A stretch of 64,000 nt of DNA from Alphaproteobacteria bacterium (lineage in GTDB: Bacteria; Pseudomonadota; Alphaproteobacteria; UBA828): assembly GCA_965220745.1 (NCBI GenBank), contig CBDCQT010000007.1:288959-352958 (forward strand). The letters are read 5' to 3'. This document shows positions 53,822 to 63,334 of this stretch, piece by piece (position 1 is the stretch's first letter; each line of letters starts with the position of its first letter). The position numbers were made by a program, and so were the translations under genes. Below the pieces are notes generated by a model. The model had not been told where the DNA came from and made no database searches. It saw only the letters and a list, made by a program, of their open reading frames with translations.

Positions 53822-56582
53822 GGTTCCCTGGTACAAGATCGTCACGCCGCGACGGGAAGTCCGCGAGGGCCGCTCGTTCAGCCCGGATGAGTTCGCCATC
53901 GCGCTGGAACAGGTGGTCGCCGGGAACGCGCCCGAGGACTACCGCGATCCGGCGCAGTTCTTCTCCCGCACCTGCTTCACCCGCGCGTTGAAGGACCATT
54001 CCGGCATGGTGCTGCGGCGCCTTGCCGGCAGGACGGAGAACACGGCCCCGGTTCTCACACTCGTCACCCAGTTCGGCGGCGGCAAGACGCACACCCTGAC
54101 CTCGCTCTATCATCTCGCCAACACCGGGCCCAAAGCCGCCGACCTTCCCGGGGTTACTGATCTTCTCGCCGCGGCGGATATGCCGGCCGCACCTGCCGCA
54201 CGTGTCGGGGTATTCGTCGGCAACGCTTGGGACCCGTCGGACGGCCGGGAGACGCCTTGGATCGATCTGGCGCGCCAACTCGCGGGCGATCGCGGCGTCG
54301 CTGCGCTCGGCACCGCCGCGCGCACCACGCCTCCGGGGACCGAGGCGCTGGCCAGGATGTTCGCCGCTGCGGACGCGCCGGTGCTGCTGCTCTTCGACGA
54401 AGTGCTGAACTTCGTCAACCGCCATCGCGGCATGGCCGAGAGCTTTCACGCATTTATTCAGAATCTGACCGTCGCCGTCACCGGAGCCACGGGTGCGGCG
54501 GCGGTCATCAGCCTGCCGCGCAGCCAGGTCGAGATGACCGACTGGGATCAGGAATGGCAGAGTAGAATCACCAAGGTGGTGCGCCGCGTTGCGCGCGATC
54601 TCATCGCAAACGACGAGGCCGAAATCGGAGAGGTGGTACGCCGTCGGCTGTTCGAGGACCTGGGCGACGAGAAGCGCCGCCGTAAGATCGCTAGGGCCTA
54701 CGCGGACTGGTGCTTCGAGCGGACCGCGCGGCTTCCGCCCGAGTGGCTGGCGGTGGATACCGCGACCAAAGGCGCCAAGGCTCGTGACTTCCTGCGGGAG
54801 CGGTTCGAGGCGTGCTATCCCTTCCACCCCTCGACGCTATCCGTCTTCCGGCGGAAATGGAGCGCGCTGACCCAGTTCCAGCAGACCCGCGGCACGCTGG
54901 CGATGCTGGCACAGTGGATTTCTTGGGCCGCGCGCGAGCAGTTCCAGCAGGCGCGGACCGAACCGCTGATCACGCTCGGGTCCGCGCCGCTGCATGTGCC
55001 CGAATTCCGCGCCGTGATTCTGGGTCAGTTGGGCGAGGCCCGGCTTGATGTCGCTATCGACGCCGATCTCGCGGGGCCGACCGCGCACGCCAGGGCTCTC
55101 GACGTGGACACAAAGGGGCCGCTGAAGGATATCCACCGGCGAGTCGGCGCCGCGATCCTGTTCGAGTCCTCGGGCGGACAGGTGGACAAGGTGGCGCATC
55201 TGCCGGAGTTGCGCTTCGCGATCGGCGAACCGGCCGTCGAGACCACGACCGTGGACAGTGCCGCGGCGGCCCTGGAAGGCGCTGGTTTCTTCATCCGCAA
55301 GGTCGGGACGGACGGATTCCGTATCCACCACCAAGCGACGCTGAAGAAAGTCGTCAGCGACCGACGCGCCTCACTCGACGAGGAGACGGAAATCAGACCA
55401 GCGATTCGAAAGCTGGTCGAGAGCGAGTTCGCCCGTGGCGCGACCCTGCCTGTCATTCCCTTTCCGGAGGACGGCGCGGCCGTTCAGGACTCGCCGCGCC
55501 TGACGCTCATCATCGTCAATCCCGAGATGGAGTGGGGGGACGGCAGCGCCATTGAACTCGTCGGACTTTGGACCAGGGAGCGAGGGACGACGCGGAGGCT
55601 TTATCCGGGTTCGCTGGTCTGGTGTGCGAAGAAGCCTGGACGGGAATTGCGGGACCGGGTGGAGCTGTGGCTTGCCTGGCGGCGGGTAGAGCGCGAGGTG
55701 GCGGAAGGTGTGCTCGGCGCGGAGTTCGACCGTGCCGACCGCGCGGAGCTTCGCACGAAGGTCAGGGACGCCGAGGGCGCGGCCAGGGACGAAGTGTGGG
55801 GCGGTTACCGTTTCGTGGCCCTTGCGGACAGGAAGGCCGAAAGCGGTCTCAAGATCATCGATCTTGGAGCCGGTCACAGCAGCGCCAGCGAAACGCTCTG
55901 CGGTCGCGTCATCGGCGCTCTGAAGACCGAGGCCCTACTCAACGAGTCCGTCGGCGCCGGCTATCTGGACCGGCACTGGCCACCAGCGTTCAAGGACACC
56001 GGAGCATGGCCGCTCAAGGGCTTGCGCCAGAGCTTTCTCGACGGGTCGCTGACACGGCTTACCGATCCCGATGCGGTGCTTCGCCGGAAGATTGTCGAGT
56101 TTGTGGAAAGCGGCTCCTTCGGCTTGGCCTCCGGGACCGGCGACGGCGGCGGATACGAGCGGTTGTGGTTCGCCGAAACGGTCGGAGCGGAGGAAGTGGC
56201 GTTCGAGGCCAGCGTCTTCCTGCTTACTAGAGAGGAGGCTGAGGCACTTCGAAAGACGCCGGAAGAAGATCGGCCGCGCGCGGAACCTTCACCGGAGCCC
56301 GATCCGGAAGCCACCCCAAAACCTGAATCGGGTCCCACCCCTAAGCCGGACTCGGGGAACAACACGGCGACGCTTCGCCTGACCGGAACCGTGCCGCCGG
56401 AAATCTGGAACCGCCTCGGTACGAAGGTCCTGCCCAAACTCCGGTCTGGGGACGGCCTCCGTGTCGGAATTGACTTTTTTGTGAGTGTCGACGTTACGCG
56501 CGTCGCGGCGATGGAGGCCGAACTCCGGCAGATCCTGGACGAACTCGATCTGGGCGACCGCGTCCGTCTAGAATATTCGTAA
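53814..56582 (+). CDS. DUF499 family AAA+ ATPase
   Basis: PWYKIVTPR, FAIAL, YRDPAQFFSRT, TQFGGGKTH (Walker A), LLLFDE (Walker B), YPFHP, FQQTRGTL. Confidence 0.88.
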   Translation: MVEVPWYKIVTPRREVREGRSFSPDEFAIALEQVVAGNAPEDYRDPAQFFSRTCFTRALKDHSGMVLRRLAGRTENTAPVLTLVTQFGGGKTHTLTSLYHLANTGPKAADLPGVTDLLAAADMPAAPAARVGVFVGNAWDPSDGRETPWIDLARQLAGDRGVAALGTAARTTPPGTEALARMFAAADAPVLLLFDEVLNFVNRHRGMAESFHAFIQNLTVAVTGATGAAAVISLPRSQVEMTDWDQEWQSRITKVVRRVARDLIANDEAEIGEVVRRRLFEDLGDEKRRRKIARAYADWCFERTARLPPEWLAVDTATKGAKARDFLRERFEACYPFHPSTLSVFRRKWSALTQFQQTRGTLAMLAQWISWAAREQFQQARTEPLITLGSAPLHVPEFRAVILGQLGEARLDVAIDADLAGPTAHARALDVDTKGPLKDIHRRVGAAILFESSGGQVDKVAHLPELRFAIGEPAVETTTVDSAAAALEGAGFFIRKVGTDGFRIHHQATLKKVVSDRRASLDEETEIRPAIRKLVESEFARGATLPVIPFPEDGAAVQDSPRLTLIIVNPEMEWGDGSAIELVGLWTRERGTTRRLYPGSLVWCAKKPGRELRDRVELWLAWRRVEREVAEGVLGAEFDRADRAELRTKVRDAEGAARDEVWGGYRFVALADRKAESGLKIIDLGAGHSSASETLCGRVIGALKTEALLNESVGAGYLDRHWPPAFKDTGAWPLKGLRQSFLDGSLTRLTDPDAVLRRKIVEFVESGSFGLASGTGDGGGYERLWFAETVGAEEVAFEASVFLLTREEAEALRKTPEEDRPRAEPSPEPDPEATPKPESGPTPKPDSGNNTATLRLTGTVPPEIWNRLGTKVLPKLRSGDGLRVGIDFFVSVDVTRVAAMEAELRQILDELDLGDRVRLEYS

Positions 56583-56718
56583 TGTCGGGATCGTCGGAAG
56601 GCAGCATCAGGAAACGTTGCGACCACGGTCCACGAAGAATAGCCAGTCTGCGATCCGGTCGCAGATGGTGCAGGCGACATCAACGCGCGAGCTTGGTAAA
56701 GGGCAAGTCCCAAGGCCG

Positions 56719-57594
56719 TCAACTGTCTTCGTGAGCCTTGTCAGCCTCTCGCGCGTTGCGCGCAATGACCCGCCTCTTCAGTCGTTCGCGAGCGCGGGGG
56801 TCCGCCAACGTCTTCCGGTCCGCTTGGTCGGCTTCGGCAATCGCTTGCCGCCAGAGAGGGGACCGAGACCCCGGCGTCACTTCGACGCGCCATGTGCCGT
56901 CCTCTTTGAGTATCCATGGCGCGTGTCGGGTATCCACACCCTGTCCGTCTGTGATCCAGGATATTTCGACTCCGTACCCGACCATATTGAATCCTCGTCG
57001 CCTCCGATCGCGCATCGGATAGGGCACGGTCATCACGGCGTTTCTGTCGATTGGATGTGCCTCCAGGAATCGAAGGAGAACGGGGAATTCCTCCTCACCT
57101 CCTGGGTCGCCGGCTCGCAAAAGCTCTGTCAGCCTAGCAAGTCGAGAGCCAAGATCCACGCGGCGCATCATTGGGCTTTGTGTGACCGCACAGCGCCAAA
57201 GCATCGAGAGCAAGAAGAGCTTCAGGCTCGCGTAGTCGAGGCCCTCCCACTGGACCACTAAGTCCAGCGCCCGAGGCTGGTACCGGTTGAAACTTGCGAG
57301 GAATCGACCGCCGACACGTTCATATCGGCTGAATTGATTCTCGCACCTGGAGCACAGCATGTATTCCTTGATGTGACCAGGTCGCGGTCGGCTCTCTCCG
57401 CCACCTGTTCGGTGGGGCATGATCCCGGGTGCAAGTCGTTGCATGGACCGAAACATCAGCTTCGGTATGACGTGCGAATGCTGGAGCTGAGCTTCAACCC
57501 CGCATAGTCGGCATTCCTCGAATACATCCATTCGATCTCGTGACTTTTCGCCCTCCATTTCGTCTCGATCCTTACCGTCCTCGACTTCGTCCAA
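56719..57594 (-). CDS. Hypothetical protein with a Zn-binding HNH-like N-terminus; start uncertain
   Basis: CRLCG..LQHSHVIPK..LCSRCENQFSRYE, LKLFLLSMLWR. Confidence 0.65.
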   Translation of the reverse strand: MDEVEDGKDRDEMEGEKSRDRMDVFEECRLCGVEAQLQHSHVIPKLMFRSMQRLAPGIMPHRTGGGESRPRPGHIKEYMLCSRCENQFSRYERVGGRFLASFNRYQPRALDLVVQWEGLDYASLKLFLLSMLWRCAVTQSPMMRRVDLGSRLARLTELLRAGDPGGEEEFPVLLRFLEAHPIDRNAVMTVPYPMRDRRRRGFNMVGYGVEISWITDGQGVDTRHAPWILKEDGTWRVEVTPGSRSPLWRQAIAEADQADRKTLADPRARERLKRRVIARNAREADKAHEDS

Positions 57595-57635
57595 TTACTT
57601 GGTTCCCAGACAATATCCGCGACACGCCCGTATAC

Positions 57636-57850
57636 ATGGCACGCGCCCGGAATATCCTGATCGTCAACGACAAGGCACATCACGCATGCCGTGTCCCGGC
57701 CCGGGCCAAGGTCAGGGGCGTCGCGAGGGGCGCCATCGAGGAAGGGACCAAGTGGATAGGCGGGCTGGATTGAATCCTCCGGGCGCGCGCCATTCTCGCC
57801 TGCTACGACTTCTCCGCCACGCCGTTCGCGCCGTCGAGCAAGCGGAGTAT
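57636..57850 (+). pseudogene. Fragment of a type III restriction (Res) helicase
   Basis: NILIVNDKAHHA (degenerate DEAH)..WIGGLD*IL..CYDFSATPF, with an internal stop at 57771. Confidence 0.65.
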
Positions 57851-57960
57851 CGAAAGTGCCCGGCGACATTCGGCATATCCTCGCGTGGCACACGGGGACT
57901 ATAGGTGTTTGATCTCTGCGCACCGGACTCCAAGGGGACCGTTGCCCGCCTTGGGCAACC

Positions 57961-59293
57961 CTACATGCGCATGCTTCTGACCTGGTGTCGCCCCTTGCGC
58001 CGCTGCCACCGGGCGGCCTTCCGCGCCTCCCTCCGCTCGATCTGCCGCCTGTGTAGCTCGCGCAGCTTCTCCGGGTTGTCGAGGAGTTGGGCGATGCGCT
58101 CCTCCCTCCGGTGGGGATCGTCGCCCTTGCGCTCGGGCACCAGGGCCTCCGCCATCCGGCGGTCGTCGTCGGCCAGCACCTTGCGCGCGACCGTGAGCGT
58201 GGATTGGAGGCCGAGGAGCGTCGGGCCCTGGAGGTGGATGCCGTAGCGCATCCGGTCGGCGAGCACGCGTTCTGCGGCGTCCACGGCCTTCTCGGTGTCC
58301 CGCCTCCACGGATCGTAGGCCTTGCGGTCCACGAAGGCCCGCTCGTCTCGCGACCACTCGGAGCCCGGCACTTCGCGGCGGCTGGCCAGCCGGTCCGACA
58401 AGGCAGTGCTGCGGTCCACGATGCGGTCACGTGCTCTCTCCGCCGCGTCGAGCGTGCGGATCATGCTGTCGATCTCCGAGCGGACCTCTTCGGGCATGTA
58501 CGGATCGTCACGGGCAGCAGTCTTCAACTCACTGCGCAGCATGTGGTACTCGCCAGTGTAAATGACGTGGACGCCCTGCTTCTCCGCACGGTCCACCAGC
58601 CGGTTCCATTGCTCCCTGAGTCCCCGCCAGCGTTCGAGCGAGGCCTGCGTCTCGGCTTCGATCCTCGCCCGCCTTTCGCTCTCCGCCAGGCGCCCGTCCC
58701 AGTCGTAGACCTGGCGAAACCGCCAGAGCAGCCCGTCGGCACGCGTGCCCTCGTCGTCGTCGGCCGACGCCGGGTCCGGCTGCACCGCCGCGCCGGCGTC
58801 CGCCGCGAACCTGAGGCGGTCCAGCTGCCGGCTCAACCGTTGCCGCTCGCGCGCCTCCTGCCGGGCCTCCGCCAGCTCCCGGTCGTCCTCGCGGATGGCC
58901 TCGCCGAGACCGGAGACCCGCTCCTCTGCAAGCCTCCGGACCGAGGAGACGCGGTCGAGATGGGGAGCGCAGATGCGGTCGGCGAGGATCGCCTTGCCCT
59001 CCCGCAGGAGGCGGTCGGCCGTCCCTCGCCAAGTGCCGTAATCGGGGGTTTGCGTGATCGTCACGCCGCGCTCGTCCGCAGACTTTTCCAGGGCGTTGCG
59101 CCGGTTCCCATGCCGCCCGGTGGCATCGAGGAAGTCCTCGACCCGTTTGCGTGCCGCGACCTGGCGTCCGTGGTTCTCCAGCAACGGGACCAGCGACTCC
59201 CGCCTGTCGGCCGGGACGTCCGGGTTCTCCGTGAGCTCCCGGATGCGGGGAATCAATTCCGAATAGCCCTCCATGTAGAACGCGACCGCGCCC
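57961..59293 (-). pseudogene. C-terminal remnant of a large helical protein, probably a TraA-type relaxase, truncated by IS3
   Basis: Long Arg/Glu-rich helical ORF ending RHQVRSMRM (relaxase-like tail); its 5' end runs into the IS inverted repeat. Confidence 0.5.
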
Positions 59294-59327
59294 TGACCTG
59301 CCCCCGTCGACTGGTCCAGGTCGAATG

Positions 59328-60146
59328 TTAGTGCATCGCGGGTTCCTCGGCCAAGCTGGGTGGCCGGCGGAGCGTAGCGGAGCCGGGCGGCCAGCTTGGC
59401 ATGATGATCGTCTCCGGGGCGGGCGGCCGGTATCCCAGGCTGCCGTGTGGGCGCACGGCGTTGTAATGGCACCGCCACGATTCGATGAGAACCTGGGCTT
59501 CCTTCAGGGTGTAGAAGATCTCCCCGTTCAGGAGCTCGTCGCGCAGCCGCGCATTGAAGCTCTCGATGTAGCCGTTCTCCCAGGGTGAGCCCGGCTCGAT
59601 GAAGGCGGTGCGGGCGCTGACCGCAGCGATCCACCGCCTGACGGCCTCGGCGACGAACTCCGGACCGTTGTCGGAACGGATCCAGGTCGGAATGCCGCGC
59701 AGGATGAACAGGTCGGTCAGCACATCGATGACGTCGATCGAGGAAAGCCTCCTGCGCACCCGGATGACCAGGCTCTCGCGGGTGAACTCGTCCAGGACGT
59801 TGAGCATGCGGAAGGCCCTGCCGTCATACGTCCGGTGATGGACGAAGTCGTAGGACCAGACGTGATCCGCCCTCTCGGCGCGCAGCCGGATGCAGGAGCC
59901 GTCATTGAGCCAAAGCCGGCCCCGCTTCGGTTGCTTGCCGGGCACCTTCAGCCCCTCGCGCCGCCACAAGCGCTCGATCCGCTTGTCGTTGACCTGCCAG
60001 CCGGCATCGCGAAGCAGGGCCGCGATGCGGCGATAGCCGTAACGGCCGTACTGGCGGGCCAGCTCGATCATGTACGCGACCAGGCGGTCCTCGTCGTCGC
60101 GGCCGCGCGGGATGCGGCGCTGGGTCGAGCGGTGCTGCCCCAGCAC
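59328..60146 (-). CDS. IS3 transposase OrfB (DDE integrase core); frame extends upstream to the frameshift site
   Basis: YGRYGYRRI, WSYDF, IRSDNGPEF, PGSPWENGYIESFN, RPHGSLGY. Confidence 0.93.
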   Translation of the reverse strand: MLGQHRSTQRRIPRGRDDEDRLVAYMIELARQYGRYGYRRIAALLRDAGWQVNDKRIERLWRREGLKVPGKQPKRGRLWLNDGSCIRLRAERADHVWSYDFVHHRTYDGRAFRMLNVLDEFTRESLVIRVRRRLSSIDVIDVLTDLFILRGIPTWIRSDNGPEFVAEAVRRWIAAVSARTAFIEPGSPWENGYIESFNARLRDELLNGEIFYTLKEAQVLIESWRCHYNAVRPHGSLGYRPPAPETIIMPSWPPGSATLRRPPSLAEEPAMH

Positions 60147-60220
60147 CCGGCAAGCGCGGCGTTCCGAGACCCCGAGCCGGTCACAGACATGATCGATGCA
60201 CTGGCGCCGGCGCGAGGGGC

Positions 60221-60499
60221 TTAGAAGTTTCCCCCTGCGGCCTCTTTGAGAATCTGCTTGTCCAGCGTCAGATCGGAGACCGCACGGCGCAGCCGCTCGT
60301 TCTCCTTCTCGAGCTCCTTCAAACGGCGGAGCTGATCGCCGCTCATCCCGGCATACTCCTTGCGCCAGCGGTAGAAGGTAACCTCGCTGATCCCAAGCTC
60401 GCGGATCGCGTCCGCCATCGACATGCCCTGGCCGTTCAGAACCTCAGCCCGCCGCAGCAGGCTCACGATCTCCTCGGGCTTGTAACGCTTCCTTGCCAT
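60221..60499 (-). CDS. IS3 transposase OrfA (HTH), with a -1 frameshift signal at its end
   Basis: MARKRYKPEEIV..GISEVTFYRWRKEY..LKELEKENERL; GGGGGAAACTTCTAA at the 3' end. Confidence 0.93.
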   Translation of the reverse strand: MARKRYKPEEIVSLLRRAEVLNGQGMSMADAIRELGISEVTFYRWRKEYAGMSGDQLRRLKELEKENERLRRAVSDLTLDKQILKEAAGGNF

Positions 60500-60556
60500 C
60501 GTCGGTCCTCCTCTTTCCATAACCTAAGGGTGGACCAACTCGATGGGGGAGGATCA

Positions 60557-61405
60557 ACGGTAGATCCAGAAGGCCAGACAATTTCCTTGATATTGAGTTT
60601 GTATGATCGAGAGTATAGCAGCTTTGGAAGCATGATAAAGGACTTTGTACGGACGATAGTGTTTCCTTCCGTGGCGGATTATATACCGAGCAGTAGGCGA
60701 CAAGGCGCCGAAGAATTTTTGAGAGCGATTCGGAAACCGCGAGAGGTGTTTGAAATCGAAGACACGGACCTGGGTAGTCTGCCGGCGATTTGGGCAGACT
60801 ATAAGGATGGTCGAATCACGATGAGCGAAGCGGTCGAGCGTTCATTATCGGCAGTCTCTCAGGATATTCAGGTTGTGGAGAGCGAGAGCGCTGCAAGGAT
60901 CGCGGACGTAGTACCGGATGTCATTTCCAATATACAGACCTTTCGAAAAGCTCTCCCCGAGGCGAATGTTACCACTTTGGAAGCGTTGCCTGCGATTACA
61001 AGGCTGGAGATTTCCAGCAATGCCAAAATACTAACTATTGGAAATAAGGAAGTGCCGCTGCAAAGTTATCGTTGTTTTTTGTCGATTACAGAAGATGCTA
61101 GGGAACAGAGGGGAGACTTCTTCTTACAGCCTCATAAGACGTCCGTGGTATGGGGTGGTCAGAAAGTTTGGTTTATCTTTCAGCATCACTCCGGCCGATT
61201 TTCACTATATTACGATTTGTGGAGTCGGGAGTCTGATTTGTTGGAGGCGGGCGGAGGTCCGTTCCCAACCTGCACTATAGTCTTGAGGGATCGGATATAC
61301 GTTCCAATTCCCCAGATGATACAAGCCAGATTTATTCCTACAGCCGGAGAAAGAAAGCGTTTTGAGGTTCGGCATGATATTTTGCGAGTTAGAGGTGACG
61401 AGTAG
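60557..61405 (+). pseudogene. 5'-truncated AT-rich gene, tentatively the C-terminus of an HSP90/GHKL-type ATPase protein
   Basis: Open frame starts at the IS end without its own start codon; family call is recollection-level only. Confidence 0.45.
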
Positions 61406-61547
61406 AGCCAAGGGGGGTAGGGCGGCGGAGTCGAGGAGCCAGAAAAAGTGCTTGTCAGACTATTGAAAAGCTTGCGGAGGCGAGAGGAATCAGTGTGTAA
61501 CAAGTGATCTGCTCAGGGGTCGTTAGTTCGGCGAGAATTTGACTAGG

Positions 61548-62846
61548 TTATTCGCGCAGCAGGCCCTGGGTGACTTCGGCCAGATGGTCCTCGATGCCTT
61601 CGAACGCCAGATCGTTCAGGAATTGCCGCCGCCAAAGCAGACGTCGATCTGCATCGCTGAGTTGCGCGACGTTGCAAGCGTCTTCCCAGTTTGCACGGAC
61701 AATAGCAATCTGGTGCCTCATGATCGCTAGCGCGTGCTCATCCGTGAGTAGAAACTTATTGGCTGCGGCGAGGCACAGTGATAGTTGGCTACGGCGCTCG
61801 TGCGCATGGATTTGCATGGCCTGGGAAGCTTCGCGCCCTGTCCGGGATTGCGGACAAATGTCAAAGGCCGGCGTCAGAGTAAGGCTGTCGCCATCCCAGA
61901 AGGCATTATGGTTTCGTGCATGGTCATCTGTGTTGCCGACAAGGATGTTAAAGGTCATGCGCGCAAAGAGCTCCCTCAGCGTCTCAGCCGGGTCGGTAAA
62001 GCGGGCTCGAACGATGTCAGCGAGTGTTTCATAAGACGCGTGGGCGGCCATACGCTCGTCGAGACCGAGCAGGGTCAGGGCCGAAACAATGGCGCGCCGC
62101 TTCCAGCCGCCCTCCGCCGGTTCCCGGTCGAAGCGCCGGACTAGCAAGACATCCTTGTTCATCGCCCGATCGAGCTTGACCGGCGCCACGTTCAGACCGG
62201 CGGTTTCCGCAAGACGCATTGCGATGAATTCAGCCTTTACTACGCCGTAGGTGTCGGTCGACGAAGAGAATTTCGCGACGTACTTTGTGTTGCCTTCCCG
62301 TATGAGCGCCTTCGGCCTCGCCCCTCCAATTGCCGTGCCGTGCTGCAATGCTTCGGCCAAGTCCTGCGCGAGTGGCAAGCCCCGGTCGACGTGGTCAGCG
62401 GAGTGCAGCAAGCGGTCGAGCGTTTCGTTTTCAGCCTCGCGGGGAACGTATTCTATCGGAGACGCTTGGAAGTCGAGCGCCCCGACTCGGTCAGAGCCCG
62501 ATTGAAGCATGAACGTGAGTTCGTCCAGATCTACGATTTGTTCCGCCTGGCCACGGCCACCGGTGAGGCGATGTATGATCACCCGACGCCCCCAGGCGTC
62601 AGGTGAGGCATCGCGAAGGGAATTTGCGATCTCAAGCGGTGGTTCGGGTTCGATGACGCCGCGATGCAGTGGCAGTTCGGGCGCGTAGATCGGAATCGCA
62701 TTTTCTCTGGCAAGATACGAGCGGCCGTACGTGAAGACGAAGTGACCGTCCTCCGCGTGGACGCGGCCCGTGACCACTGGTGTGGTCTCGCCGGGCAGCC
62801 ATATCCAGACGAACACCTCCCGGAGAGGGACCGAGTCAGAAGTCAT
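61548..62846 (-). CDS. hipA: HipA family kinase toxin
   Basis: DASPDAWGRRVI, GSDRVGAL, AIGGARPKA, LLVRRFDR, NTDDHARN, LTPAFDI. Confidence 0.92.
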   Translation of the reverse strand: MTSDSVPLREVFVWIWLPGETTPVVTGRVHAEDGHFVFTYGRSYLARENAIPIYAPELPLHRGVIEPEPPLEIANSLRDASPDAWGRRVIIHRLTGGRGQAEQIVDLDELTFMLQSGSDRVGALDFQASPIEYVPREAENETLDRLLHSADHVDRGLPLAQDLAEALQHGTAIGGARPKALIREGNTKYVAKFSSSTDTYGVVKAEFIAMRLAETAGLNVAPVKLDRAMNKDVLLVRRFDREPAEGGWKRRAIVSALTLLGLDERMAAHASYETLADIVRARFTDPAETLRELFARMTFNILVGNTDDHARNHNAFWDGDSLTLTPAFDICPQSRTGREASQAMQIHAHERRSQLSLCLAAANKFLLTDEHALAIMRHQIAIVRANWEDACNVAQLSDADRRLLWRRQFLNDLAFEGIEDHLAEVTQGLLRE

Positions 62847-63171
62847 CGTCGGCCTCGCGACGGGATTTGCGAATGGAACCCGGCATCAAGGCGAGCTGGT
62901 CATCCGTCCGCTCAATTTGCGGTGTGAGGGTGTTTGCCTCTGGGACGAACAGATGTACACCTGTAAGAGTTGCTGCTTCGAGCACGAGGCCGATCGCGAC
63001 CGAGGGACTGCCCTGCTCAATGAGCTGCAACGTACTCCTGGCAATGCCGATGCGCGCCGCGAGATCGAGTTCGGACATGCGTCGCCGTTTCCGGGCAAGC
63101 TTGATCTGCTTGCCTAGGAGGAGCAGCGCCTCTTCGGTGAGGTGTGAGTAGGTACGGGGTGTGCTTGGCAT
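62836..63171 (-). CDS. hipB: HipB-like XRE/HTH antitoxin
   Basis: LGKQIKLARKRRRMSELDLAARIGIARSTLQLIEQG; overlaps the hipA start. Confidence 0.85.
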   Translation of the reverse strand: MPSTPRTYSHLTEEALLLLGKQIKLARKRRRMSELDLAARIGIARSTLQLIEQGSPSVAIGLVLEAATLTGVHLFVPEANTLTPQIERTDDQLALMPGSIRKSRREADDDF

Positions 63172-63334
63172 CGGAGCAACATTTTGACTGAATGGTCGGT
63201 CATAAAGATAGTCATGACCGTAATGCCGGTCAATCATGATTTTGTGAGGTTAGCGATTAGGACCGTCTGATCCCACTCCGGGTATTATGAAGCTCCGTCC
63301 AAAGCCAGGGTATCCTCAGAGAGGGCGGGGCGCC

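Larger units (their letters stand above)
59294..60556 (-). mobile_element. IS3-family insertion sequence (IS407-like), 1263 bp
   Basis: Imperfect IRs TGACCTGCCCCCGTCGACTGGTCCA and (reverse complement) TGATCCTCCCCCATCGAGTTGGTCCA; orfA/orfB layout. Confidence 0.9.

Noticed and set aside
59294-59310. cctgcccccg as a second att copy of the tRNA-fMet 3' end
   Set aside because: Only about 10 bp match, GC-rich, and it is part of the IS3 terminal repeat.
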